From: Hyphochytrium catenoides
Taxonomy: Eukaryota; Protista; Hyphochytriomycota
Assembly (NCBI GenBank): GCA_900088475.1
Contig: FLMG01003841.1
Coordinates: 1-49,361 of the forward strand
Length of the DNA: 49,361 nucleotides
Direction of reading: 5' to 3'
Numbering within the stretch: the stretch's first letter is position 1; each line of letters opens with the position of its first letter. The position numbers and the translations under genes were made by a program. Shown piece by piece: positions 1 to 12,178 of this stretch. The notes under the pieces were generated by a model. That model had not been told where the DNA came from. It ran no database searches and saw only the letters and a program-made list of their open reading frames with translations.

Positions 1-80
1 CACTTAGAGGTAATTGCCTTCCTGCCTGGTGGCAAAGGCACAAGCTCCCAGGTATCGTTGCCAACGAGAGATATGATAAA
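1..80 (-). mobile_element. Ty1/copia reverse-transcriptase fragment (runs off window start)
   Basis: Reverse strand reads FIISLVGNDTWELVPLPPGRKAITSK(W), matching the copia RT N-terminal motif SLxxNxTWELVxLPxGRKxIxxKW. Confidence 0.72.
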
Positions 81-186
81 CGGCTTGAGAAGAAGCAGAT
101 TATAAGAGAGAAACAACAAGCGACAGAAAAAAAAAGAAAAGCTAGTTGACTTCTGATTAGATCAGCAGTAGATAAAAGATGCTCAC

Positions 187-2185
187 CCTCACTACCCGTC
201 AGGATGCAATAGGTTGTCGAGCAGCGTTCACGGCTGTTGCAAATGAAATTTCGCGGCAGTTTAATCTGCCGCCAGCAGTTCTCCTCTGCTGGTGGGTCAA
301 GGTCCCCAACAAACCATAAAATTGGCCAGAACATATCAGGGTCCTAGATGGCAGTAACGAGAACCTTGGAACCAGATCTGAACCTGTAAGCGAAGGTGTA
401 GCAAAGCGACATTGTGTGTGCGTGTGGAGACAAGACAGAAGAAAAGGACAGGGAGGATAGATATATTAGACGTAAGCAAATTACTCCGGAGTACAAGAAA
501 ACAACCAATAACCAACACAAGTGGCATACCAACGTATGGAAGGACGACACAAGTGCAGAAGGAGCAAAAGACAGCAACTCTTTTGCCAAAAGATACAGGG
601 GAAGCCCAGTCAAAGGATCGGAGGATCGGAGGATTGAGTCCCAGGAGCGCCACCAAGGTCTTAGGATAGGCCAACCGGAGGGATACTGAGGGATACTAAA
701 TAAGGACGATATAATTGAGCAAATATAGAAAAGGAAGTGAGCGTCATACATTGCTCAGGCCCTGTGAGTAACGGGTAGAAGTCTCAGTTTCTCTGAAAGT
801 AAACCCTTTGATCGTGGGCTCAGCGGGATTCGTGAAATTGAGGCAAAAGAGGCCCATCTTGGGCTTTCCAGTGTCAGCAAAGGCTGTTAGCGTGATGAAG
901 CTGCAGCAACAAATAAGAAGATGGAGTTAATAATCACGCTAATGGAAGGTTAGACCCTATTCTTCTCGTTGAAGAGGAAGTGCACCTGAGAGCGGCACAG
1001 CTAGCAGCTAAAGATGTTTGAAAAAAAGAGGAGAGGGTACAGGAGAGAGACAGAGATCAACGAAGGCGCTTCTCCTATGGGGAACCTGCGACTCCATTTT
1101 ACCTCTTCGTGACTTGGGTTATTGAGATTGTCTCATTCGCAGGGCCACTGTACACCACTTTATTCTCCGTCACAGGTGTCCCCAGCGTATGGCTCTTGAG
1201 CTCTTCATAGTCCGTGGATACGTAATAGAGCACCTTGCTGTCGAATGGAGACCACGCTGCGCCACTCGATTCGATGGGGGTGATGGTCCCCGTGGAGAGA
1301 TCATGAATGGCGCTGACAAAACGCCGCGGGCCGTCCGAATGCTACGACGGCAACAAAGGTGAGGATCTTTAAACGGCCCATCCTTACCCCATCCTCCTTC
1401 CTGCCTCTCTGTCTCTCTATGATCTCTCTCTCTCTCTCTCTGCACCTCTCTTTTAAACACCCACGTTGCCTTAGCACGTTTTGGGACATGGTAGATAAGA
1501 ACAGAGAGCGGCAGCAAGAGAACTTGACACCATGCACATGGCATGCCCTATACTATCTATACATGCGGAAATTAACGTACCATATGCCCATAGACGACTG
1601 CTGTCGCTTTTGCGTTGGGGTTATAGTTCGTTATTATATAGACCCCCTCACCATCGTGGGCGAGGTTATTGAAGTTGAAGACCTCACGCTCAGGTTCAGA
1701 GCTGTCGATAGGTCGTTGGAAAACAGTCGCATAGGGCCTGCCGGTAGTGTAGCGTAAGAAGTACATATAGTTCCCAAGTACTAACAAGGGACCCTTCTCA
1801 TTGACCTGTTATTGAATGACAGAGGGTGTAATATTTGGAGACAGATGAGATAGAGGGGGCGACGGTGCAGGAAAAATAGAACATAAAGACGCTTGTCAAT
1901 GAGCTGCCCAAGAGGAGAAGGCAAGTTTGCGAAGCACCTACCTCATGAGAGACAAAGGAAAAAGGGAAGGAGAGAAAGAGAGACAGGGGGGGGGAGGGAA
2001 GATGGCCCAGTCGTACACGGGCACAAATTGTACTCCTGGTCAGTGAAAGGCGGAGGATCATTCTGCGTCACAAGGTCACAAGTATCGTCAAAAGTGTTTC
2101 CCACCATTCCCAGTAGAGGGCTAAATGAATAAATATTGGGTACTTACTTGCTTTCACTGACAACAAGGATCTCTTGACTGTAGCC
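187..2185 (-). pseudogene. Multi-exon prolyl oligopeptidase/oligopeptidase B (S9A)-like N-terminal beta-propeller, probably disrupted; no catalytic domain in window
   Basis: Exons 1805-1581, 1341-1103 and 900-~751 join in frame at GT-AG sites: VPLLVLGNYMYFLRYTTGRPYATVFQRP..EREVFNFNNLA..AVVYGHMHSDGPRRFVSAIHDLSTG..AAWSPFDSKVLYYVSTD..HTLGTPVTENKVVYSG..FITLTAF..FCLNFTNP. This resembles Peptidase_S9_N. A downstream putative exon (~383-187) has an in-frame TAG at 344-346, and the last intron runs into the copia fragment. Confidence 0.55.
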
Positions 2186-2599
2186 TCACAGGCCGCGGAC
2201 AGGCAGCTCGAACGCCTCAGAGTCCTCAGTCCTCACCCAGGCTGGCTTCGAAGCTTTGGCTACTCATCAATCGTCTTCATTACTTGGCTCTGAAATCAAA
2301 GTAATGACTGGCTTATCGCGTACGGCTTACCGCTTCTCGTCTCTGGTAGAATGTAGAGTCGTCGTGGCAGCTGCGTCTCTGCTTTTTTTCTCGAGATCTC
2401 TGGAAGCTGTTGAGCCTCCATCATACATCTGAACATCTGAACACACACAGTAGCAGGGCATCCTTTATAGTAGAGTGCTTCAGAACATGTAACCAGCCAA
2501 CAACAACAACCAAACGACGCTGTCACCATGCTTGATTCTACTGAAAGAGAACATACTCTCCTACTATGTGATGATCATCTCATTTCTTGTTGTTGTCTG

Positions 2600-2960
2600 A
2601 GCCACTGAAGGGGAGATTAGAGACAGGGCTTGAGGCTTCATCATGTCACAGCAGCACTTCGACACCAATTGACGAAGAGTTTCGCCAACGGCGATGAGAC
2701 GAAGGCCGCCATCTTTCTTGGTCAAGCCCAACATGGGAGGACCAACGAGAAAGGGAGAAAGATCCGGGGGTGCAAGGCCCTGGGCCGGGAGAGATATCAA
2801 TGCTGGCCAAGATTGGCAGAAGGCTGCACGGACGGAGATAAGGGGTGGAAAGATAGACAGAGATCTTTCAGGTGCTGAGGCCCCAGCTGAGAGGCGCCAG
2901 CGAGGAGCGGAGCCAGGAGGAAAGGAACAAAGCACGGCGGTGGCAGAAGGAGAATTGAAG
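2600..2960 (-). mobile_element. Non-LTR retrotransposon (RLE-type, CRE/NeSL/R2-like) RT-domain fragment, degenerate
   Basis: LCSFPPGSAP...LAPPDLSPFLVGPPMLGLTKKDGGLRLIAVGETLRQLVSKCC matches the SFPxGSAPG and ALxKKDGGLRPIAVGExLRRLVSK motifs of early-branching non-LTR RTs. Confidence 0.75.
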
Positions 2961-3702
2961 AAAGCATCGCCTTTCTCAAAAAATAAGACTATAAGGAAGA
3001 GAATATAATGCCTCTACTGAACACTTCCTCCATGGTTGATGATGAGCATGCTAGTGCTTCTATTATCTTTTTTCTCTATCTCCAAAGCACACCATCAGCT
3101 TTGAGCATCATGAAGCCGAATATAAGAAGAAAAACCAGTGGCCATATAACGCCGCAGCTTGCTTCTTTCTCTTCTGTCTTTTCGGCCCATGATTTTCTTT
3201 GTTTCTTCGGAGGCTCTTACTTTTCTAGTCATCCTTCTTCCACTTGGTGAAAAATCGGTCTTCTACTTGTTGCTCTTATTATAGTTATAAAAATAATGTT
3301 TATATTAATTCTTCCTATAGAAACTAATATCTTATCTTCCTCCCTCTCGCTGTCAATCTCTGCTCGTTCCTCTTGTTTCTCCACTGAGATCTCATACACA
3401 AATCACTTCACGCGAGCAAAATGAAATAGATAGCTTTAGGTGAGAGAAGAATGATAAATTAGGAAATCAAAAAAAAAGACGAGAGGCCTGCCTTCTTCTC
3501 TACGAATAAGTGTAGAAGGTCATCTTGGAAGAAGAAGAAGAAGAAGGCAGCAATCAATGTGGTGAGGTTGCCAGGGTCCTCGATGGTCATCAAGGCTCTC
3601 TACTTCTTCTTCTCCCCCTAATAAGGCAATCCAATACCTATTAGTGGCTACTGGTGGCGGTCTCTTTCCATCCCTAGTACCGCTTGTCCTTGCAGATCAG
3701 TC

Positions 3703-3920
3703 GAAGAGAGCCAACATATACACTCAGACCCTGAAGGAATAAAGGGAAAGAGATAGGAAACATGAAGAGAGTCAACATATACACTCAGACCCTGAAGGAA
3801 TAAAGGGAAAGAGATAGGAGAAGACCCTGAAGGAATAAAGGGAAAGAGATAGGAAACATGAAGAGAGTCAACATATACACTCAGACCCGAAGGAATAAAG
3901 GGAAAGAGGTAGGACACATG
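3703..3920. repeat. Imperfect 61-bp tandem repeat (~3.5 copies, one truncated)
   Basis: Unit gaagagagtcaacatatacactcagaccctgaaggaataaagggaaagagataggaaacat starts at 3703 and 3764, followed by a truncated copy and a final diverged copy. Confidence 0.9.
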
Positions 3921-4844
3921 TAAACTGCATCCATTTATATCGTTATACAGAGAGAGAAAGAGAAGAAAGAAGACCAATGGGATATGTAGAGAGAGAGACT
4001 GAGAGAGAAAGAGAGAGACAGAGAGAGACGATCTGAACGCGTTTCACTGTTTCCTCATTTCCCAGAATAGAATAATCGTCGATAACTGCAGAGGTAAACC
4101 GCCGGTATAAAAGTAGAAAGCTCCCTCGCCTCAGCTTTTCCTTCATCTGATCTTCTCTAACCTCGTTCTCATCACGACGATGAGAAAGATGAGAATTTAA
4201 ACTTTTATTAGGCTGTCTGGCCGTAGTTTGGTGCGACTATAGATTCTTACAGCACAGCTATCCTTCCTCCAGTAGTAGTGACTTTGCCTTTGTGGCCGGA
4301 GTTCAGCAACCATTATCTTGTTATTGACCTGCTTCTGGTGCGGTCAACACTCTCTATAAAGAGGTAAAGGATCAAGACTGCGGGAACGTTCAGAGCCATA
4401 GCTGCTAGCCGCATCACTAAATGCCGTCCGCACCAAGGGTTGTAGTCTTTGTTGGTCCAGATCCAAGGATCCATGCTGGGTAATCCTGTTCAAGCCCGTA
4501 AAGATGAGAAGGAACTTAAGGGCCAGCAGTGCTGCTTAATCTTGAAGAGCTGGAGATTATTTGCCACATTATAATCATGACGATGGAAGTGATACATCAT
4601 GCGACCATAGTCTCTCCTTCCAGCGAGGGCCCTGTATCTTCCGACACATCTAGTCGATTGTCATCCTATGCTGGGAGTCAATGGAGGACTTAGAGTAGTA
4701 GCGACAACGAGAAAGAAGCGCCACATAAGCTATATGAATGAAATGGATGATGAGGCGCAGATCGTCGAACAAAACAATTGCGCCTTCGTTTTATAAAGTA
4801 GTGGCACATAGAGAGGTCACCGCATGATATGCTTCTGATAGGTA

Positions 4845-4996
4845 GAGGAAAGTGGACTTCCGAAATTTCTCCAGGGTTATCGAGACCTTGGCACTGAAAG
4901 TGGTGGCGCACATCCTTCCGAGGAAAGTGGATCACTTCCGAAGGATTTTCCAGGAGTTCAGATTTTTGATCAAAGTGGTGGTGGCGCACATCCTTC
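4845..4996. repeat. Diverged ~75-bp tandem duplication
   Basis: gaggaaagtgga..cttccgaa...aaagtggtggcgcacatccttc occurs twice (starts 4845 and 4920). Confidence 0.75.
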
Positions 4997-5099
4997 TTGT
5001 GCACTTGCTGCACCGTGCCTGGCCTCCTCAGCAAAAAGGTGCTTCTCAAAGAAGGAGGATCATTCTTCTGTCCGACATTTCTGTTTGGACTTCTCGCAA

Positions 5100-6260
5100 G
5101 GGCTTTGAGTAGTCAGAAAGCGGCTGATCGCTCTGTTCCGCTGCATGATTGAGACCCCGCCGCACTAGCGTTTGCTGTGTGATAGAAGTGTCAAGGCAAA
5201 ATTTCCGGCCTGCCCGGCCTGCAAACATGCTATATGGATATTATCCTCTCAGGTGTGGGTCGTCTTTTGAAAACAAGTCTTATCACTAGTGCTAATCAGC
5301 ACAGAAATTATTTGGCACTAAAACTTCAATGAGCAGCAGTTCTTTGATCGTGCTCAGTCTTATTCATTAGCCGCCTACGATTAGACAAAGTAGCTTGTTC
5401 TACGCATCGTAGACCTCGGTTTGCGGCAGAAAAGCATTGAACAGATCATCTCCTGTGTCAGCCATTGATTCGAGAGACTGAATACCAAGCATAATAGTTC
5501 TAGGAGAGGCAAGAAGACGTCCAAGCATGTCATCATAGACTGCACCTTGAAATAGAGTTATTATTATTGTATGACTCCTAGAATGTGCACTACCAACATA
5601 CTCCACCTTGCGGATAACAAAGATGACCCGCAGTTATGGATGCGGGTGCGGTTAGTATGGCCTTTTGTCTATAAAATAAAGTGGATGACTGTTGAGAGAT
5701 TGACGAGAACGCAAAAGATAAAAAGAGAGATATAATAGATCTCTAGGATGTTGACAGGGGACGGTCCCAAGCCAAGTGAAGTCGCTGACCGTGAGAAGGG
5801 CTCAGGACCTCGCATCAAAGGGATCACGCCACCCAGCCCGTTCACATGACATTTATGGATTTGAGAAGGACGAACGTCTAGATAACTCATCAGAGGAGGA
5901 TCTTCCATAATAATGATAACGGATGACGCCACCAAGCCATGCAAATAAGGATTAATTTGAGATATCTTTTGATTCACATCCTCCTGATGATGACGTGTGA
6001 TAATAGTGTCTGTGCTGTGCATTGGTTGACCTCAGAAGTAGTTCAACCTCGCCAACACCTATTCTCCAGTTAGAATATTCAGTAGAGCTGTCTGTCAGGG
6101 AAAATGTGGTACTTTTTTCGCATGAGGATACGAATGCACATGGAGTTCATTACCAATCTTATTATAAGTTGTATATGGAAAGGAACAAGTGATGAAGCGA
6201 CGAGTTATCACGGAGGTACCAATACAACTGTAGGTTAAGCTGTTGGGGTGTCCTTGGCCT
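5100..6260 (-). mobile_element. Highly decayed non-LTR retrotransposon (RT C-terminal half to RLE)
   Basis: Scattered frameshifted motifs in the expected order: LNLQLYWYLRD (~6205-6240, WYLDD-like), GVGEVELLL, SLESMADTGDDLFNAFLP, and FAGRAGRKFCLDTSITQ (RLE-like). Similarity is weak. Confidence 0.33.
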
Positions 6261-7923
6261 GGTCACGGTCCAAGTCCATGAAGTCGCCGTGGCCTGCAAT
6301 TGGCGGCAAACGAATGACGTCAACATTTGGTACTTGGTATAAGGAATGTTGGCCGTTGGTTGGGTCCTTTTGTGAGAAATATAATGTTTGTCCGCATTCC
6401 CTTATACCAAGGTAATGAATGCACCCGCTCTTCTAGTAGTAGAGCCACTGTTGAGAGACCCGACCCTAGTTCTCCTGGTTTGTGGAATGGAAAAAAGGAG
6501 AGAGGGATGCCAAGTCACTTTGACTCTCCTCCCTCCAGAGTAATTTTATCACTTTTTTATCAGAGTCTAAGACTTATCAGCATATTTATGAGAAGCCAGA
6601 CAGGCCCCCAATCAAGCTATAGTCAATGAGGCCCTAGTGATAGTGAAAAGGACGAGGCGACCTATAAGCTGATGTGAGATAAAGCAGTGTGAGAGAGAGC
6701 AGAAGGACGGTGAGAGACAGCGAGAAGGGGAGAGAGACGAAAGAAATATTTAGATAGAACGCCAGTGACTTTTGACCCTTTATTATAAAAAATCTACCAC
6801 CAAGAAAAACAGATCATGATGACAGCACCTTAATGATATCGTACAGTACTTGTAGTACCAGTACACTTGATAGGCAGATTGGTGGGGTCCCAAGTTCCCA
6901 TAACCTTCAGAGTAACAACAATAGAAAGCGAGAGCTCGTAGAAGGCATGACGTTCTACCGTTTTCGCGACTTATTCTCAGGTGATGAGAAAATTTTAGTT
7001 CACAAAGTACGAGTATTTGATGACGAGCAGCCCGAAGAGTAGTGAACAAGGCTTCATTTACGTCACGTCTAATCCTTGATGTATTGCTTATAGAACTACT
7101 CTACTACTGGAGACGCGTCCCTCTCCAAGTAACATCATCAAGGCTATGAGGCTAAGAAAGGTACGCGTGGATCTCAGTCCAATGACCAATGATTATACCC
7201 TTGCACCCTTGCCCCTTGCATGACCCAGAGCCTGAAAAGGATCAAATCGCTCGCACATACAAACGTGCCTCTCATGTGATGAGGACTGATGAGGGTCGTT
7301 CCCATCGAGACTTTTTTTTTGGTATCACGAGGGTGCATGCTACCCGATGAGGGTCACTCAGGGTCAGTGTGGCTCACAAACTCACTAATAGTAACATGCT
7401 TTTTGCAACACGCGGACAACTGGTTTCTGAACCAGCTGTAGCCTACTCAGCTCTGTGCAACAGTCGGGATTCAAACACTTTGAAGATGCTCGTCTTGTGC
7501 AGCCCTCGCTATTTATTATTGCAGAGTGCAAAGAACTGATGAGGCTCGATCCCCCAGCTGAATCATAATAACAGGAGGAAGCCCTGTGCATAGCTTCCTG
7601 TCCAATAGTTTATACTTTCTCCTCTCTCCTCGTCGTTCTATATTTCTGCGGCTCTTTTCTCTATCTTTCGTTCTCTCTTTTATCTCTTTGTCCGGCCCAC
7701 GCTCCTCCCCTCACTCCTCCGGACAATAATGACCCAATAACATCAACAGCAAGGTAATAAGCTGCTTACACCATGGCTGGGTGGTGGCTGGTGGCAGTGA
7801 GTCAATTTAGGAGAAGGAGAAGGAGGAGATCGCCACGCATAACACTGTCGTAGAACTAATTGTCGTCCGTCTTCTCTGCTACCAATAGCACGTTCTCATT
7901 AGCTCCCATCACCCGTTAAATAG

Positions 7924-7939
7924 TCATATTACATTTTTC
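7924..7939 (+). promoter_or_regulatory. Putative oomycete-type INR+FPR core promoter of the trypsin-like gene
   Basis: TCATATTACATTTTTC vs consensus YCAYTYY-NN-MWTTTNC (1 mismatch), 115 nt upstream of ATG 8039. Confidence 0.35.
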
Positions 7940-8038
7940 CACTTACCGCTCACTCATCAGCGGTACATCCAACAACCGACACCCTAAGCTGCTTCTGTTG
8001 CTAAAGGAGACGACGCTCAATTTTTCTTGTTTCCAAAG

Positions 8039-9393
8039 ATGAAAACGGTTACATCTTACCTTCTCCTGCTAGCAGGTTCTTTCCTTGTCCATTCTAGCTT
8101 TGCAGCGGCAGGGGATGCGAATTTGCGTACCGAGTCGCCAGAGGACTTTGCAGTAGCGCCCTCAGTTGTTCGCGGTACCGTGGTGGCTGATAAGACCAAG
8201 TATAGCAACTTCATTGTTGGTCTACTGTGCTCTGGAGCAAAGGAGCCTTATTGCGCCGGAACCTATATTGGTCACAACCTCGTGTTAACCGCTGGCCGTA
8301 AGATCACTCATCCTGAGTCTACTACCTCTTTCTTACAACTTNNNNNNNNNNNNNNNNNNNNNNNNNNNNNNNNNNNNNNNNNNNNNNNNNNNNNNNNNNN
8401 NTGATACTCCTCAGAATGCGTTCAAGCAAGCAAATGCCGAGCCATTTCGGTAGAGGGCAACCGCTTTAACTGGTCCGACCCCACGGAGCAGGGAATCAAG
8501 ATGAACGTCACAAGCATCCGTGTTCACTCAATGTATTCTGATGATCCTCTCAAGCACGACATCGCCATCATTAAAGTATCGGGGGGCCCTCAGCTGACTA
8601 CCTACCCGGAGATAGACGGTGGTAGCTTCTCAAACATAGCTGTTCGCAAGGACTTCAAGCTTATCGGGTATGCACACAACTCACCCTGTTCAATGGCAGC
8701 ACCAGCGACGCCAATTCACATGAGACAAGAGCGCTTGTTGGGAGTGATGTCTGGCAATACCGCTGTATGAGGAGAGATAATGATTATCTACGAGATTGGC
8801 AAGGGAAATACTACCGCAGAGTGATGGCAACAGAAAGGAATTGTCTCCTTATGTCTCACTCAGTAGAGACGATATGATCCCAACTTTCTGAAATAACTGA
8901 CCGTCCTTTTCCATCCAGGTGGGGCCAGAATTACTGGCCACGCTATACCCAAAGCGTTCTTCGCGAGGCAACTGTCCGGCAGGTCCCTCTATCCGAATGC
9001 CGGTATTTACTCTTTGACGACAAGTCACCTCAGGGCGAGTGGTATTATGTTCAGAATCAGATGATCTGCACCGACGGACTTTATACGGGAACGGGATTTT
9101 GCGTGGGAGATGAAGGTTAGGAAGGCCCCAAACATGAAGTCCGAGATGCATTGGTGTCTGAAGAAGAGTATTAATTCCTTGCTGCTTTGACTCTTTCCTA
9201 CTGTTCAGGAGGACCCCTGTTCGTTGACAGCCCGGTGCCAGTCGTGGTGGGAATAATCTCGGCTCAATATACCGATTGCAATGTTGGCTTTCCAAACCTG
9301 TTCACCCGCGTCGCATCTTACCGCGGTTTTTTCGACATGGTGGCTGGTTGTAGGAAAGACGGCAAAAGGTTCTCAGCGGGCAGGTGTGTGTGA
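8039..9393 (+). CDS. Secreted trypsin-fold (S1) serine-protease homolog, catalytically dead (GIP-like); 4 exons, ~297 aa
   Basis: Exons 8039-8297, 8415-8667, 8919-9115, 9209-9393 (GT-AG, phases match, 894 nt). Signal peptide MKTVTSYLLLLAGSFLVHSSFA. S1 landmarks: VVRG, YCAGTYIGHNLVLTAGQC, VHSMY, HDIAIIKV, IGWG, QMIC, FCVGDEGGPL, VVGIIS, PNLFTRVASY. Intron 1 contains an N gap. Confidence 0.88.
8342..8401. other. Assembly gap (60 N) inside intron 1 of the trypsin-like gene
   Basis: Run of n. Confidence 0.99.
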
Positions 9394-10524
9394 GAGCGTG
9401 ATGGCACGGTCTTGAATATGAATAGCAACGCGAAGAAGGCAGATGTGCAGACGTTGCGATGAGCGAGAGTTAGGGAAACATAACTTTCTTATGGTAGTTG
9501 CAGAGAGAGTCATTCAGGGAATGAGAGCTGCCATGAGCGGTCTTAAGTAAGCCTTTCAATTTAGCTTTTATAATATCAATATAAAGTTTTAGTTTGACAA
9601 CTGTTGCCACTCCTCCTCCCTCTTTCGGAGCTCAATGCTCTCTTCCTAAATGTGCCTTCTGCTGTTTCTCTTTTCTACTCCTACTTCGTGGTTCTTTTCT
9701 ACCAGCCCAGAGATTGTGGCGCTGCTGATGCTCTGTCACTGTAAGTAAGATCACCCCTCCAACTTGGATTCCGCCATTTTATTGTACGACCTGGTCATCA
9801 GGCATTCGTTAGGTTTACTGGCTTGTTCGAGAGAGGGAAAACGTTTCACTCGACTCAGTTCTTTCTTCCCTCTCACGTGAGCCTTCTATCCGTGGCATCG
9901 CAAGGGAAGTTGGTGGAACTCCTCCAGCCAGTGGCAAACCCAGTTCTTGTTACTTTCCTCCTTACTTTCATCATTGGAGCTTGATTATAAAAATATGGTC
10001 ACTAGTCCATCTTCCTTGGTGCCGCTAAAATCTCACAGGAGAGGAGGAGAGGGAAGATGGAAGATGGGGGGAGACACGCGTTGCCCTTATTTTCCGCAGC
10101 CAGTCTATTTCAGACCATCTGAGCACTCAAACCCTGTTGTGCAGGACTCAAAGCACTTCTTGCCTAGCCTTTTCTTATAACTGTAAATTGAGGAAAGAAG
10201 TTATAAAGAATAATGCAACAACTGCCAACAAGCAGAGAAAGAAAATGAATTCGAAGAGAAAGAAGAAGAAGAAGAAGAAGAAGCATAGAGAGAAGAGCTA
10301 CAAGATGCTGGTCTCTTCACCTCGCTCTCTTTCTCCTCCGATCCTCCTCCACAATCCTTATCAGAAACAGGAAGATTCATAGTTCAATTCCTTCCTCCTC
10401 AGCAACAATGACAAGACGGGAAGAAGGAGCAGGAAATAAAGGAGACGCAGCGCCGACACCATCATCACGTGACGTCTTTTATCATTCCTTCTTCTTCCGT
10501 TGTTCGTGTGTTCCTCCAAAGCCA

Positions 10525-10960
10525 AAAAGTGTGTGCTGTTTCGCTCACAACTCGACAAAGTTTTTGGAAGAGCTCCAGCTTTCGACAAAAGCTTAGAAAC
10601 CCAGTCGTAGTCGAAGCTGTCTTCTCTTCTGCAGAGACAAACAGGAGGCTCCAGCGCTCATCATGGAAAATAAGTTCATATGCAGTCGCTCATTCACCAC
10701 AATGCTGCTCCACTCCTACACTTTAAGGCCCAACTACCTTGCTCTCCGGCCTTTAAATCAGTTATGAAGGGCATAAGCGGAACGATGGCGATAGTAGATC
10801 GAGACATATCTTCCATCTTGGCGAGGACTAGTAGATGCACCGTAGAGTTGGCCCCACCGGTTAGAACAACAGACAGAAAGATTATATTCTTCCAAATAAG
10901 GCTGCCACCACCAGAATGCCGTTACATTGTGCTTTGTGACGGAAAGAAGGCCCTGAGATC
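10525..10960 (-). pseudogene. RecQ-family (telomere-linked-helicase-like) DEAH helicase relic
   Basis: Reverse frames read IFLSVVLTGGANSTVHLLVLAKMED..STIAIVPLMPFITDL (degenerate motifs I and Ia). After a stop/frameshift they read LLFVSAE..GFLSFCRKLELFQKLCRVVSETAH (motif Ib and II, VxDEAH-like). Confidence 0.6.
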
Positions 10961-11369
10961 TCTCTACCTAAGGCTCGAAGGGTTTGCCTTTTTGTGTTTT
11001 TTATCATTATAAGGAGAATCACTACTAAGAAGTGCTAAAGAGTAAAAGAAGAAGTAAAGATGATGAAGAAAGAAGAAGAAGAAGAGGAGGAGGAGGAGAA
11101 GAAGTTAAAAAAGAAAAGAAGTAAGAAGAAGAAGAAAAGAAACTAGGATAGCTATAACGCCTTGGTCTCGTCCTCCTCAAACTGATCTCTTCCACACTCA
11201 TCATCATCAGTGAAGGAAGAATTATAATGATTGATCTCTTCAGTAATAGTCAGGGGAAAAGGAGGAGGAGGAGGTGAACCATCAACCACGATGTCGTCAC
11301 CATCAACTTCATCAATCAAACGCCGCAAGGCAAGCAAGGAGAAGGGTCCAACTGCTCAAGAGGAATACT

Positions 11370-11985
11370 ACGTACGTTTCAAAAACTGAAGCGCATTTTC
11401 CTCATGAATCGCCATAGAGACTCTCGTGTGAAGGCGTACAATCATGGCCAAACGGGACCATTGACGAAGATGCCGAGAAGCATCAAGAGCAGAACGGTCA
11501 CATTGAAGCTTCACCAGAGGTCTAACACAATCAACGACGCCTGGCATAGCACCACCTCCAAAAGGACTCCCAAACCAATGGGACAAATTGCAGCCCTACA
11601 GCCCGGCAAGGTGCCTCATACTACTTCAGCTTCGCCTTTTCAGACAAACGACCTTGATAGCCTGCGTGAACTGCTGCATAAGAAAGGGTTCTAGATTGCA
11701 GCGAGTCCGTGACAGACACAACATCAACGGCCGTACGCTGATATGAGGCGAGAAGCCACGAACCAACAAATCTTCCGGTTTCAGAGTTTAACCCCGGGAG
11801 GAGGTGGCGGGGTTCGCGAGAGAATTGAGGCCAGAGTTCGAAAAGCATGAATTAGAATATCCTGAACACAACGATGACGCTGCTGACTAGCGCCACCACC
11901 ACGGCGACATATGATACCGTGATCTCCAATGACATCCATAGGACAGGAGCCGGTCTGGCAAAAGACGGGCACAGAAGAGCGTACA
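11370..11985 (-). mobile_element. Non-LTR retrotransposon C-terminal zinc knuckle + restriction-like endonuclease (RLE), frameshifted
   Basis: CQTGSCPMDVIGDHGIICRRGGG..RHRCVQD; REPRHLLPG..AVDVVSVTDSLQ..EKAKLK*YEAPCRAVGLQFVPLVWESF; ..RVSMAIHEENA. This is the canonical CCHC-RH..EP..DV.V..K..KY..F.PL..E.FG layout. Confidence 0.8.
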
Positions 11986-12178
11986 AGAGGGATCCCAATG
12001 TTTTATGTTTATCAGTACGCGGGCGATGGTAGTAGGTTGTGTGACACTGAAACCAGAGATGAGAAAAGATTAAGCATGGTACGACAAGAAGGGAGCACCG
12101 CAGAGGTTAAGAAGTCCTTCCGGATTCCCTTCTTAAGAAAGTGGTTCAGTCTTAGCAAGCCAAGTCTCTTTTACTCTT

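Noticed and set aside
3703-3920. Repeat array as CRISPR
   Set aside because: Head-to-tail units without unique spacers, eukaryotic context, no cas genes.
9750-9960. Minus-strand NKNWVCHWLEEFHQLP resembling pogo/Tc5 transposase
   Set aside because: One short motif only; no DDE residues or TIRs recognised.
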